The notes beneath the pieces were generated by a model. The model searched no databases. It was not told where the DNA came from and saw only the letters and a program-made list of their open reading frames with translations. Below are positions 38,491-47,950 of a stretch of DNA of 64,000 bases, piece by piece. The position numbers were made by a program, and so were the translations under genes. How positions within the stretch are numbered: position 1 is the stretch's first letter; the number at the start of each line of letters is the position of its first letter. The stretch comes from Candidatus Pacebacteria bacterium CG_4_9_14_0_2_um_filter_40_15 (GTDB lineage Bacteria > Patescibacteriota > Microgenomatia > UBA1400 > PJMF01), in the NCBI GenBank assembly GCA_002788675.1, contig PFRS01000007.1, positions 270 to 64,269 on the forward strand. The letters are read 5' to 3'.

Positions 38491-38976
38491 TTATAATGCC
38501 TTAATGATTTTCTTAAGTTCGCTGTCAATGAGTTGAGATGCTGCTTTTTTATCAAGAGCATCACCAATTACTTTTTCAGAAATCGAAAGAATTGATTCAG
38601 CCATATCTTTTTCAGCTTTCTTAAAAAGCATTGCTTTTTCGTTTTCCCATTGAGTTTTAAGTTCAGCAATTTCAACTTTTGCTTGAGCTTTTGCATCTGA
38701 GATTATTGTATCTCTGCGTTCTCCTGCTTCTGTTTGTGCATCCTTAATAACTTTGTTTCGCTCTTTTTTGAGCTCTGATTCTACTATTTTTTGTCGTTTC
38801 TCAATTTCACTGTAAGCTTTTTGTGCTTTGACGGCAGCTCTTTCTCCTTCGGCTATACGTTTCGATCTTTCATCAAAGATTTTAAGTACTGGCTTGTAGA
38901 GTAAGAAACTAACAGCACCAACAACTACAGAAAAGTTGATTATCTGAAAGAGAATCTGTGTAAGTTGTATATCCAT
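38491..38976 (-). CDS. atpF: ATP synthase Fo b subunit
   Basis: N-terminal TM plus long charged helix; 161 aa. Confidence 0.8.
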   Translation of the reverse strand: MDIQLTQILFQIINFSVVVGAVSFLLYKPVLKIFDERSKRIAEGERAAVKAQKAYSEIEKRQKIVESELKKERNKVIKDAQTEAGERRDTIISDAKAQAKVEIAELKTQWENEKAMLFKKAEKDMAESILSISEKVIGDALDKKAASQLIDSELKKIIKAL

Positions 38977-39012
38977 ACTATTTCCTTTTCGTGTTTCTGT
39001 TTCTAAAGTGTA

Positions 39013-39243
<231 letters not shown>

Positions 39244-40230
39244 TTAATGTTGTTCATGGCTTTGGGTAGCCATATTAAAAAATACTAATGATAACATTGC
39301 GAATACGAGAGCTTGGATGAATCCAACAAAGATCTCGAGACCATAAAATGGCATTGGTGCGATAATTGGTAACAGTGCTGAAATAACTACCAAGAGAACT
39401 TCACCTGCAAAGATGTTTCCAAAGAGACGGAAGGCAAATGAAATGATTTTGGCAAATTCTGAAATAATTTCCAAGAATCCAACAAATGTCATAATTGGAT
39501 TTGAGAAATTAATATATTTTTTAAAGTAACTCAAACCCAATGCCTGAACACCAAATACTTGAGTCATAAAGACTGAGACAATAGCGAGTGCAAGTGTTGT
39601 GTTGAGGTCGGCTGTTCCAGGACGAAGGAATGGTACAAATTTTGTTTTTGCTTCTCCGTGAGCTGATTCTTCCTTATATTCAGATTCAGCAGCAGGTTCT
39701 TGGTGTGCTTCTTCTATAGTTACTTCTTCGTTTGTGTCAACTAATTCTACCTCAGTGTGGGTAGTAGCATCTATCTCTACTGGTTCAGTAACCGCATATG
39801 TTTGTGTAACTAAACTACTAGCATGTTCTTCAATTTCAGTGGATTCAACTTCCTCTTGCAAGCCAATAGTTCCAACTCCAGGCAATAAACCAAGCCAGTT
39901 ATTAAGCAAAATCCAAATGAGGAATGTACCGACAAATGGTAAAAAAAGACGGGTCTTTTTTAAGTCACCCGTTACGCCGTGTACTAAGTTGTGGAGAGAT
40001 TCGATAATCCATTCAGCAAAATTCTGAAGGCCTCTCGGGTTTGATGTGTCCTTAAGTTTAAGGTTAACCATCAAAGCGAAAGCGATGATAAGTCCACTGA
40101 CAATTAGACTTGTGAGCATTGAATTGGTGATAGAAATACCACCGATTGTGAGAAGTGTCTCAGCAGAAATTGAGATGTGTAGTCCTGCAGCCATGGTTTG
40201 ATCTTTTCTATGTTTACTACTTAATTTCAC
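39244..40230 (-). CDS. atpB: ATP synthase Fo a subunit with a ~85-aa acidic insertion
   Basis: Conserved a-subunit C-terminal helices with the essential Arg (FRLFGNIFAGE). The insert EEVESTEIEE...EAKTKF lies between TM segments. Confidence 0.85.
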   Translation of the reverse strand: MKLSSKHRKDQTMAAGLHISISAETLLTIGGISITNSMLTSLIVSGLIIAFALMVNLKLKDTSNPRGLQNFAEWIIESLHNLVHGVTGDLKKTRLFLPFVGTFLIWILLNNWLGLLPGVGTIGLQEEVESTEIEEHASSLVTQTYAVTEPVEIDATTHTEVELVDTNEEVTIEEAHQEPAAESEYKEESAHGEAKTKFVPFLRPGTADLNTTLALAIVSVFMTQVFGVQALGLSYFKKYINFSNPIMTFVGFLEIISEFAKIISFAFRLFGNIFAGEVLLVVISALLPIIAPMPFYGLEIFVGFIQALVFAMLSLVFFNMATQSHEQH

Positions 40231-40336
40231 AAAAAAAGAACAACAGACACATTATGTGTTTATTTGTATGTAATGTGTATGTCGGTCAGACAATTTGAAT
40301 TATATCGTTCTTTTCGGGTAGAACAAGGGACAAAAT

Positions 40337-42253
40337 CTACTCTGATAGCACTATTACAAAGTCATAGGCGCTTGCTGTGTCTTCTTGTTCTTTATTTTCT
40401 AAATCTAATTCAAATGTTAAATTTGTTGCTTTTTCGATGTATTCTTTCAGTCCAGGCATTTCTTCATCAACTAAAATAAAGTTGCCTTCTTCATACTCAC
40501 CTTTAGCATTTGCCGCATCGACATCATCAAAGTCGGCGTCGGTTAAGTCTGTTTTGATAGTGCCTGCATACCCGGCTTTTGTTGTAGCATTTACGATGAG
40601 TACAGAGTATCCCGTTGTTGGGTCAAACTTAACAATTTCTTGTATTTCTGCTGATTCTGTAGCCTCTGGTTCCGGTGACTGAGTTTCAACAACAACTGGA
40701 GTAGCCTCATTTTGAGTATCCTGTTGGGTTACTTTTAGAAGTCCTAATCCAACTCCAACACCTACAGCAACAGTTGCGAAAAATACGGCGAGAGTTATGA
40801 AAACCATTTTCATCATAGTACCAACTCCAGAACTATTTTTTATAACATTTGATGTTTTTTTTGAATTTTTTGCTGTTTCCGATTTTGTAGTGTCGCCACC
40901 GTCTATTGAAAACTTGCGTAAATCAATTGAATCTGCATCGTAAAGTGAACTATCTGTTGAGAGTTCTTTTTCTTCAGCTGTTGTTTCTATTTCATCAGAC
41001 ATTTCTGTGTCCTCCTCTGGTTCAGTCACTTTAGAAGTACTTTTAGATTCTTCAACGTGGTTGGTATCAGGTTCTTTGGTTTCAAGCGTATCACTGTTAC
41101 TATCTATTTTACTATTCTCATCTGATGTTTCCGGTTCCTCAGGTTTGACTTCTACTGAAGCTAGTTCATCTTTTGTATCTGTCTGGTTCTGTTCTTCAAT
41201 GGATATATTAGATGTATCTACTGAGAGGTCTAAGTGTTTAATCTGACTCAGAGCTGCGGTTGTTGTGGCTGAGGCATCAGGAAGAGTTGGAGTAGGAAGA
41301 GTATCAGTTGTATTCGTATCTTTTGTTTCTACTTCTTCAGAATCCTCTTCTGTGTCTCTTTCCTGGGCTCCTTGTGTTAATGCTTCGATTGTTTTTTCGT
41401 CCTCAGCGGTTGCTTTTTCAATTTCAAATGAAGGTGCCAGATAATCTGGAATTGAGAGAGTCTTCATGCCAGACTCAATAATATATTTAATGTAAGATGG
41501 CATCTTTGCATCTTCTTCTTTAAATGATGCCAGCTGTTGTATAGGAAGTATCGATTTGAGTTTATCTGTTAATTCTTCTTCTACAATTGCGTTTGAAAGC
41601 AAGTAGATGGTTTGAATGCTTGGTTCTCCACCTTTGAGTGTTTTAATTGTCTCAATTATATTTGAAATTTCATCAAGCTCCGCAACAGTCGTTTGGTCAA
41701 TACCAATGTAGTGAAGTGATGAATATAATTTACTACCGACTTGAAGAATACTAATACTTGGTTCAAGAGAGATGATAGATTTAGCACTCCAACTTAACGC
41801 AGTGACACCTTCAAAACTGACGTCATGATTTTTAGCGCTGACTCTAATTGGAGCTAAGAGACTTTTTTCAATCGCACTAATCTGCACTTTTGATTCGCCT
41901 TTGAACTGGTTGAGTACGAAAGTATTTACATAGTGAGAGTCTGTTGTTAATCCAAGTGATGGAAGCAATTTTTCTTTGAGATGTACTATTACAGCTTTTT
42001 CATCAGTTTCTTTTACAGAGACGATTGTGTCAGTAAAAAGAAAATCTGGAAGAATGAGTGATGTGAAGTTTTCTCCCTTAAATTTACTAAAGAGTTTATC
42101 TACATTTTCAGGCAAAAATTCTGTATCATCTAGAAATTCTCCATTTACTTGACGGAATGACTGCACGGCAAAGGTGAATTCTTTTTTTGTCGGAAGTAAT
42201 TCTGCAAAGTAAGTGACGTCTGGAAGTATATAAAGTAGTTTATTGCTTGGCAT
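40337..42253 (-). CDS. hypothetical bitopic membrane protein (638 aa): N-terminal cytoplasmic domain, long acidic/Thr-rich linker, one TM, C-terminal LytR_C-like extracellular domain
   Basis: TM at MMKMVFITLAVFFATVAVGVGVGLGLL. The C-terminal ~110 aa resemble the LytR/CpsA/Psr C-terminal domain (VLIVNATTKAGYAGT...). First gene upstream of the atp operon. Confidence 0.45.
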   Translation of the reverse strand: MPSNKLLYILPDVTYFAELLPTKKEFTFAVQSFRQVNGEFLDDTEFLPENVDKLFSKFKGENFTSLILPDFLFTDTIVSVKETDEKAVIVHLKEKLLPSLGLTTDSHYVNTFVLNQFKGESKVQISAIEKSLLAPIRVSAKNHDVSFEGVTALSWSAKSIISLEPSISILQVGSKLYSSLHYIGIDQTTVAELDEISNIIETIKTLKGGEPSIQTIYLLSNAIVEEELTDKLKSILPIQQLASFKEEDAKMPSYIKYIIESGMKTLSIPDYLAPSFEIEKATAEDEKTIEALTQGAQERDTEEDSEEVETKDTNTTDTLPTPTLPDASATTTAALSQIKHLDLSVDTSNISIEEQNQTDTKDELASVEVKPEEPETSDENSKIDSNSDTLETKEPDTNHVEESKSTSKVTEPEEDTEMSDEIETTAEEKELSTDSSLYDADSIDLRKFSIDGGDTTKSETAKNSKKTSNVIKNSSGVGTMMKMVFITLAVFFATVAVGVGVGLGLLKVTQQDTQNEATPVVVETQSPEPEATESAEIQEIVKFDPTTGYSVLIVNATTKAGYAGTIKTDLTDADFDDVDAANAKGEYEEGNFILVDEEMPGLKEYIEKATNLTFELDLENKEQEDTASAYDFVIVLSE

Positions 42254-42458
42254 GCTGTTGAAAATCCTTACACATAGTATCTATAATTTTCGTGTTAATT
42301 TCAAGTGTATTTATAGTATTCATTAAGATACATAGTTTATAGTGTTATATATGTGCTTTAAAATTCGCCTCTGTGCTCAAGAGACGCTGCTGTCTTGGTA
42401 CTTTTCTATTCTTTGATTTTGAGATAAAATACTCCAGTTCTTATTAATGAAGAAAAGT

Positions 42459-42532
42459 GGGTCCGTAGCTCAGTCGGTTAGAGCGACAGCCTTTTAAGCT
42501 GTGCGTCCCGGGTTCGAGTCCCGGCGGACCCA
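42459..42532 (+). tRNA. tRNA-Lys (anticodon TTT)
   Basis: Acceptor GGGTCCG/CGGACCC. Anticodon stem ACAGC/GCTGT with loop CTTTTAA. T arm CCCGG-GTTCGAGT-CCCGG. Discriminator A. Terminator hairpin ccacctcaggtgg + ttttttt at 42541-42567. Confidence 0.85.
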
Positions 42533-42546
42533 CCCAGCATTCCACC

Positions 42547-43158
42547 TCAGGTGGATTTTTTTGTAGCAATCAGGCTTAGTATACTTATTGCTTGTGAAGT
42601 GAGCATTTTTTCAAGTACATCTAGCGTTGCTCTGCTTTGTTCAACAACTGAGTCTTCAAGATTTATATACACATCGTGGTTTGCAATTCGTTGAATTGTA
42701 GTATAAAAATGTGTTGATTCCCCTATATATGTCGCAACTCTATCAAGAATACGAGCGAGAGTTTCTGCTTGAAGCAGGTATTTTGCAGCTTCCTGGGGCT
42801 TGTTTAGGGCATCATACATTGTTAGGTCTAAATGTACCTGTCGGGTGAAGCTTTCTAGTCTCTGTTCCAAATACACGGTTTCTGCTGAAAGAGTAATTAT
42901 TTCTAGTGAGCTCTCAACAGTAAAGTCATGTTCAGATATTGATTCAGCTGATAGTAGCAAAAACAATAGATGTAAGTTTTTGAAGACTGTATTTCTAACG
43001 GTAACAACGTCTAAAGAATCTATCTTATTTTTTAAACCTTGTATATTAAGTGATCGTTCTTGTTCTTTTTGCATCGTGCGACATTGTAATACTCGACTAC
43101 AGAGAAAGCAATGTCGCTTTGTAACAATTGCAGTGACGTGTACAATAGGGCACATCAT
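42547..43158 (-). CDS. hypothetical protein (start uncertain; may begin at the internal Met)
   Basis: ORF divergent from mutM, no motif; the start codon overlaps the mutM ATG by 2 nt in opposite orientation. Confidence 0.3.
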   Translation of the reverse strand: MMCPIVHVTAIVTKRHCFLCSRVLQCRTMQKEQERSLNIQGLKNKIDSLDVVTVRNTVFKNLHLLFLLLSAESISEHDFTVESSLEIITLSAETVYLEQRLESFTRQVHLDLTMYDALNKPQEAAKYLLQAETLARILDRVATYIGESTHFYTTIQRIANHDVYINLEDSVVEQSRATLDVLEKMLTSQAISILSLIATKKST

Positions 43159-44002
43159 GCCAGAATTACCAGAAGTTGAAACGGTAGTGCGTAGACTACA
43201 AGAAGTTTTGCCAGGAAAGCAATTGGCAAATCTAATTGTTCACAAGGAAAAATCCTTTGAAGGTACCGTTAAAGATTGTCTTGGTGGCACTATCACTGAT
43301 ATCTCAAGAAAAGCGAAGCTTATTAGAATTCATTTAAACAATGAAATGAGTTTTTTGGTTCATCTTAAGATGACAGGTCAATTGATTTATGTTGACGGAG
43401 AAACTCGGTTTGGTGGCGGGCACCCGACTGCAGATTGGGTTGAGTCACTTCCCAGTGGACACACGCGGATTACTTTTGATTTTGGTGATGGCTCATTTCT
43501 CTTCTTTAATGATCAACGTATTTTTGGCTGGGTTCGATTGCTAACTGCAACAGAAGTGCAACATGAGTTTTCTAAATATGCTCCTGATGTGATTGATGAA
43601 GTAATTTCAACACACTATCTTTGGCAGCACGTTCTGAAGACAAATAGAGTCATTAAATCTGTGTTATTAGATTCCAAAATTATGAGTGGATTAGGAAATA
43701 TTTATGTATGTGATGCACTTAACTTGGCTCAAATAAGCCCGTATCGAAGAGCTACAACACTTTCATATTCAGAAACTGAACGATTACTTGATGCTTCAAA
43801 AGCTGTTTTGGAAAAAGGTATTACATTGGGTGGTGCTACTATTGAACATTTTCGACATGTGGATGGATTTTCTGGAGATTACCAAAAAGAGGTTCTTGTG
43901 TATGGTCGTGAAGGTGAAGCTTGTTTTAATTGTGGAGCAAAAATAATTAAAGAAAAAATTGCCGGCCGAGGAACCTATTTCTGTCCGGCTTGTCAAATAT
44001 AA
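43157..44002 (+). CDS. mutM: formamidopyrimidine-DNA glycosylase (Fpg/MutM)
   Basis: Catalytic N-terminus MPELPEVE, H2TH region, C-terminal zinc finger C..C..FCPACQ. The ORF-track N-terminal extension (from 42800) is unlikely. Confidence 0.85.
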   Translation: MPELPEVETVVRRLQEVLPGKQLANLIVHKEKSFEGTVKDCLGGTITDISRKAKLIRIHLNNEMSFLVHLKMTGQLIYVDGETRFGGGHPTADWVESLPSGHTRITFDFGDGSFLFFNDQRIFGWVRLLTATEVQHEFSKYAPDVIDEVISTHYLWQHVLKTNRVIKSVLLDSKIMSGLGNIYVCDALNLAQISPYRRATTLSYSETERLLDASKAVLEKGITLGGATIEHFRHVDGFSGDYQKEVLVYGREGEACFNCGAKIIKEKIAGRGTYFCPACQI

Positions 44003-44022
44003 CTGTTTTGTTAGAGCAGCGT

Positions 44023-44961
44023 TCAAAGTTCATCGAGTACTAATGCAACTGCGGCTTCAGCTGTAAGCTCATATTTCTTAAGCAGTTCTCTATCTGGTCC
44101 TGATTCTCCAAAGGTATCGAGCATTCCCATTCGATGCAGCGGTGGATGATGAGACAGTTCAGAAAGCACCTCAGCAATTGCAGATCCTAGTCCTCCAGTG
44201 ATTTGGTGTTCTTCCATCGAGATAAGTAGTTTTTTTTGTTGTACTAACTCTAGAATCGAGAATCGATCGAACGGTTTAATCGTGTGCATATTCAGTACTT
44301 CGACACTAATAGAATACTTCTCAAGCAATTCAGCGGCTCTGAGTGCTTCAGAAACCATTGTTCCACAGGCAATTATAGCTACAGTGTTGCCTTGACGTAG
44401 TGTGGTTGCTCTACCAAGTTCAAAAGTCGCTGACTCAGTTGTGACAGCGTTAGTTGGAAATTTTCCAATACGAAGGTATGCTGGCCCGTGATGTTCAATG
44501 ATTGCATGAGTTGCTTTTTTTGCTTCTTGGTAATCTGCCGGTACAACCACAATCATGTTTGGCAGCGTTCTCATAAGGGCAATGTCTTCTAGGGCTTGAT
44601 GCGTTGCCCCGTCTGGTCCAGTAGATATCCCAGCATGCCCGCCGATAATTTTGACATTTGTTTTTGAATAACAGACTGAAGTCCTAATCGGACCCATCGC
44701 GTTTTGAGGGTTGAAGACTGCATAGCTACAGGCAACAGGAATTTTTCCAGCTAGCGCAAGACCCGCAGCAGCTCCAACCATATTTTCTTCGGCAACACCC
44801 ATCTCGAAAAAACGATCTGGAAAAGTTTGGGCAAAAGCATCAAGCCGCATTGATTCTCTTAAGTCTGCAGTCAGAGCTACAACGGCTGAGTTTTTTGTTG
44901 CTGCTTCGACTAATGCTTCGCCGAAACCATCTCTAGTGGTTTTATTGTTTTCTTTTGCCAT
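44023..44961 (-). CDS. transketolase, C-terminal subunit (pyrimidine-binding + C-terminal domain)
   Basis: Split-type transketolase second half; adjoins the N-terminal subunit gene with a 2-nt gap. Confidence 0.9.
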   Translation of the reverse strand: MAKENNKTTRDGFGEALVEAATKNSAVVALTADLRESMRLDAFAQTFPDRFFEMGVAEENMVGAAAGLALAGKIPVACSYAVFNPQNAMGPIRTSVCYSKTNVKIIGGHAGISTGPDGATHQALEDIALMRTLPNMIVVVPADYQEAKKATHAIIEHHGPAYLRIGKFPTNAVTTESATFELGRATTLRQGNTVAIIACGTMVSEALRAAELLEKYSISVEVLNMHTIKPFDRFSILELVQQKKLLISMEEHQITGGLGSAIAEVLSELSHHPPLHRMGMLDTFGESGPDRELLKKYELTAEAAVALVLDEL

Positions 44962-44963
44962 AG

Positions 44964-45791
44964 TTATGTGAGCTCTTCTAGAGCACGTTGTAATTCTGAT
45001 TCTGTAGGTGGTTTACCATGCCAGGTAAAATCATTCTCAATAAAACTGACCCCTTTACCGGGTGTTGTATTGCATATAATTGCCGTAGGCTGATCAGATT
45101 CTTGGGCATCTGACACGGCATTCTCAATTGCTGAATATGAGTGCCCGTCAATAGTTATCGTATTCCAACCAAAGGCTCGAATTTTTTCATCGAGTGGGTT
45201 AATGGGAAGAACTTGGTCTGTGGTGCCCCCAATTTGAATGTTATTTCTGTCAATAAAAACAGTAATGTTTGATAATGAGTGACTACCTGCGTACATATAT
45301 GCCTCCCATGTTTGGCCTTCTTGTTGCTCACCGTCGCTGAGTATGCAAAAGACATGATTCGTTTTTTTGTCTAATTGAAATGCCATTGCCAAACCAATTG
45401 CTTGGGATAGACCTTGTCCCAGTGGTCCAGAAGAAATTTCGATTCCAGGTAGTGAATGCAAATGTGGATGCCCTTGTAATCGTGAGTTTATATCACGGAG
45501 TGTTGCTAGTTCTGACAGAGGAAAGTATCCCCTTTCAGCCAACGTTGCATACAGCACAGGACAGATGTGACCTGCAGAAAGGAGCACATAGTCTCTTTCT
45601 GGCCAGCTGGGGTTATCAGCTTTTTGCTCTGCGAGTTTAAAATATAAACTTACAAACACCTCAACCATGCCAAGAGCTCCAGCGGTATGTCCACTGCCAG
45701 CTTCAGTCAACATAGTAAGAATTGACCGTCGAATTGATCGTGCATGGAGTGATAAATCTTCGTTTGATGGTGATGTTGTGATGCTGTTCAT
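44964..45791 (-). CDS. transketolase, N-terminal (TPP-binding) subunit
   Basis: TPP-binding motif GDGEQQEG...N region; 275 aa. Confidence 0.9.
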   Translation of the reverse strand: MNSITTSPSNEDLSLHARSIRRSILTMLTEAGSGHTAGALGMVEVFVSLYFKLAEQKADNPSWPERDYVLLSAGHICPVLYATLAERGYFPLSELATLRDINSRLQGHPHLHSLPGIEISSGPLGQGLSQAIGLAMAFQLDKKTNHVFCILSDGEQQEGQTWEAYMYAGSHSLSNITVFIDRNNIQIGGTTDQVLPINPLDEKIRAFGWNTITIDGHSYSAIENAVSDAQESDQPTAIICNTTPGKGVSFIENDFTWHGKPPTESELQRALEELT

Positions 45792-45857
45792 GGGCGGTAT
45801 CTATATAGTGTACTGGCTTAATGAGGGGGCTGTAAAGATCAATGATACAATGCCAAC

Positions 45858-46592
45858 ATGCATGATCTGGATACGGTTCAATCTATTTTGGAAAACAAGG
45901 GCGGTTTGTTAGCTGTAGATAAGCCTAGTGGTGTTTCAAGTCATACATTAGTGAATTGGGCTAGAAAAGTGTTTGGAATACGAAAAGTAGGACATACTGG
46001 TACTCTGGATCCGTTAGCCTCGGGATTGCTGTTACTGCTAGTAGGTAGAAAATACACCAAACAACAGCCCAAATATTTAAAGCAAGATAAAAAATATTTA
46101 GTTACTGCTCAGCTTGGTATAACTACCGACACCTATGATGCGATGGGGAGACGTGTATCTGAAAAATTTTGGACAGAGATTGAAGATATTACTGAAAAAG
46201 CTATTAGTACTGCGCTTAATTCATTTCAAGGTGAATCTGAGCAAACAGTTCCAGCCTTCTCTGCAGTTAAAAGAAAAGGTAAAAAAATGTATGATCTTGC
46301 TCTATCGGGCGAACTTTCTACTGCAGATTTACCTAAAAGAACAATTACGATACTAGATATTACTCTCATTTCTGTATCTAAAGATAGTTCTGCCCAAGAA
46401 TTTTTTGTGACTTTTTCTGTATCTTGCGGATCTGGTACGTATGTCAGATCATTGGTTCACGATGTAGGTCAACTCCTTGGTTGTGGAGCTATTGTGAAAG
46501 AATTGCGGAGGACTAGAATTGGTAGCACGCAGATTACTGATGCTACTGTTTGTCCTGTACTTCCAAAACAATATATTATTCACAAAAAATAA
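45858..46592 (+). CDS. truB: tRNA pseudouridine(55) synthase TruB
   Basis: Catalytic motif GHTGTLDPLASGLL (catalytic Asp) and overall TruB length. Confidence 0.85.
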   Translation: MHDLDTVQSILENKGGLLAVDKPSGVSSHTLVNWARKVFGIRKVGHTGTLDPLASGLLLLLVGRKYTKQQPKYLKQDKKYLVTAQLGITTDTYDAMGRRVSEKFWTEIEDITEKAISTALNSFQGESEQTVPAFSAVKRKGKKMYDLALSGELSTADLPKRTITILDITLISVSKDSSAQEFFVTFSVSCGSGTYVRSLVHDVGQLLGCGAIVKELRRTRIGSTQITDATVCPVLPKQYIIHKK

Positions 46593-46697
46593 ACCGTATA
46601 TTCAGTATTTTTTCGAGATTTACGCTTGCACAGCACATCCTAAAAGTATTACACTGAAAACATGACTGAAAAACGGTCTACTTTGTGATGCGTTACT

Positions 46698-47945
46698 ATG
46701 AATAATCAAAATGTATTTATGATTGGCTGGGAATATCCTCCCCACAACAGTGGTGGTTTGGGGGTTGCCTGCAAAGGCCTGACAGAAGCTCTTTCTCAAG
46801 ATCAGACTACTATTCAGTTTGCTCTGCCCTATCACTTTTCGCAGGGTGTTGATCATATGAAAATTATTTCTTGTGTCGATCCAACCTGGGAAGAACGGCT
46901 GGGACAAAAAGTGTTGTATCCTCCCTTTGCGAGTTATAGTTCAGATGGTGTGATTAGAAGTTTCGTGACTGCTAAGGATAGTTTATCTCCAGAAAAGTTG
47001 AGATTGTTACCTCACTCTGAGCTTGAACAACGGGTGCAAGAGTATGCCCGTGTTATTGGTTCTCGCTCTGGATCAATTGAGAAGCATACTGATGTTATTC
47101 ATGCGCACGATTGGATGTCTTTTCCAGCAGCACAGACACTCAAAAAGAAGACAGGAAAGCCTTTTATTGCTCATGTGCACAGCACTGAGTATGATCGCGC
47201 TGGATTAAATCAAGGTAATCACTTTATTTCACATATTGAACACGAAGGTATGACTCAAGCAGATAGAGTTATTGCGGTAAGTTATTACACCAAGAGTTTA
47301 TTAGTCAATAAGTATGGTATAGATGCTCAAAAAATTGACGTAGCGCACAACGGAGCCTCTTCACCTGAGTCCCAACCTAATCCGGGGAATCATCACTTTG
47401 CACAGAAACGACCGGTCGTTGTGTTTATGGGTAGGCTTACTCTCCATAAAGGAGTGCAGTACTTTATACAACTTGCCCAGTCGGTGCTTGCTTCAATTCC
47501 TAATGCGTTGTTTATTGTTGCCGGTTCGGGTGATATGTATCATGAACTCTTATTAACCTCTGCAACGAGGCATCTATCTGCATCAGTTCTTTTTAGTGGT
47601 TTTGTTCGTAGCGAGCAACGCGATACACTTCTTGATCGAGCTGACGTGTTTGTGATGCCATCAATCTCTGAACCATTTGGTTTAGTTGCCGTTGAAGCAG
47701 CACAACGTCACACACCAGTTATAATTTCAAAAAATGCCGGGGTAAGTGAAGTGTTACATGGAGCAGTTGCACTAGATTTTTGGGATTTAGATAAGATGAC
47801 AACCGCAATTAAAGAACTTATTTTGGATCCAAACCACTCGAGAAAAGTTGTGAGTAATCAACTCAACGACTTAGAGCACATTACTTGGGGTAATGCAGCT
47901 ACAAAAGTAAAGCAGTCGTACTTACGAGCTATTCTTGGAAAGTAG
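46698..47945 (+). CDS. GT4-family glycosyltransferase (glycogen/alpha-glucan synthase-like)
   Basis: N-terminal GWEYPPHNSGGLGVA and C-terminal GT-B nucleotide-sugar-binding motif (EPFGLVAVEA). Confidence 0.7.
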   Translation: MNNQNVFMIGWEYPPHNSGGLGVACKGLTEALSQDQTTIQFALPYHFSQGVDHMKIISCVDPTWEERLGQKVLYPPFASYSSDGVIRSFVTAKDSLSPEKLRLLPHSELEQRVQEYARVIGSRSGSIEKHTDVIHAHDWMSFPAAQTLKKKTGKPFIAHVHSTEYDRAGLNQGNHFISHIEHEGMTQADRVIAVSYYTKSLLVNKYGIDAQKIDVAHNGASSPESQPNPGNHHFAQKRPVVVFMGRLTLHKGVQYFIQLAQSVLASIPNALFIVAGSGDMYHELLLTSATRHLSASVLFSGFVRSEQRDTLLDRADVFVMPSISEPFGLVAVEAAQRHTPVIISKNAGVSEVLHGAVALDFWDLDKMTTAIKELILDPNHSRKVVSNQLNDLEHITWGNAATKVKQSYLRAILGK

Positions 47946-47950
47946 TCCTC

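Noticed and set aside
38355-38567. 70-aa minus-strand ORF overlapping the atpF/atpH junction as a possible missing delta N-terminal domain
   Set aside because: It is in a different frame, overlaps both genes, and its translation (Tyr/Arg/Lys-rich nonsense) bears no resemblance to a delta N-domain.
42459-42532. Initial reading of the tRNA at 42459 as an ochre-suppressor-like tRNA with anticodon UUA
   Set aside because: Re-pairing the anticodon stem as ACAGC/GCTGT gives loop CTTTTAA and anticodon TTT (Lys). The suppressor reading came from a mis-registered stem.
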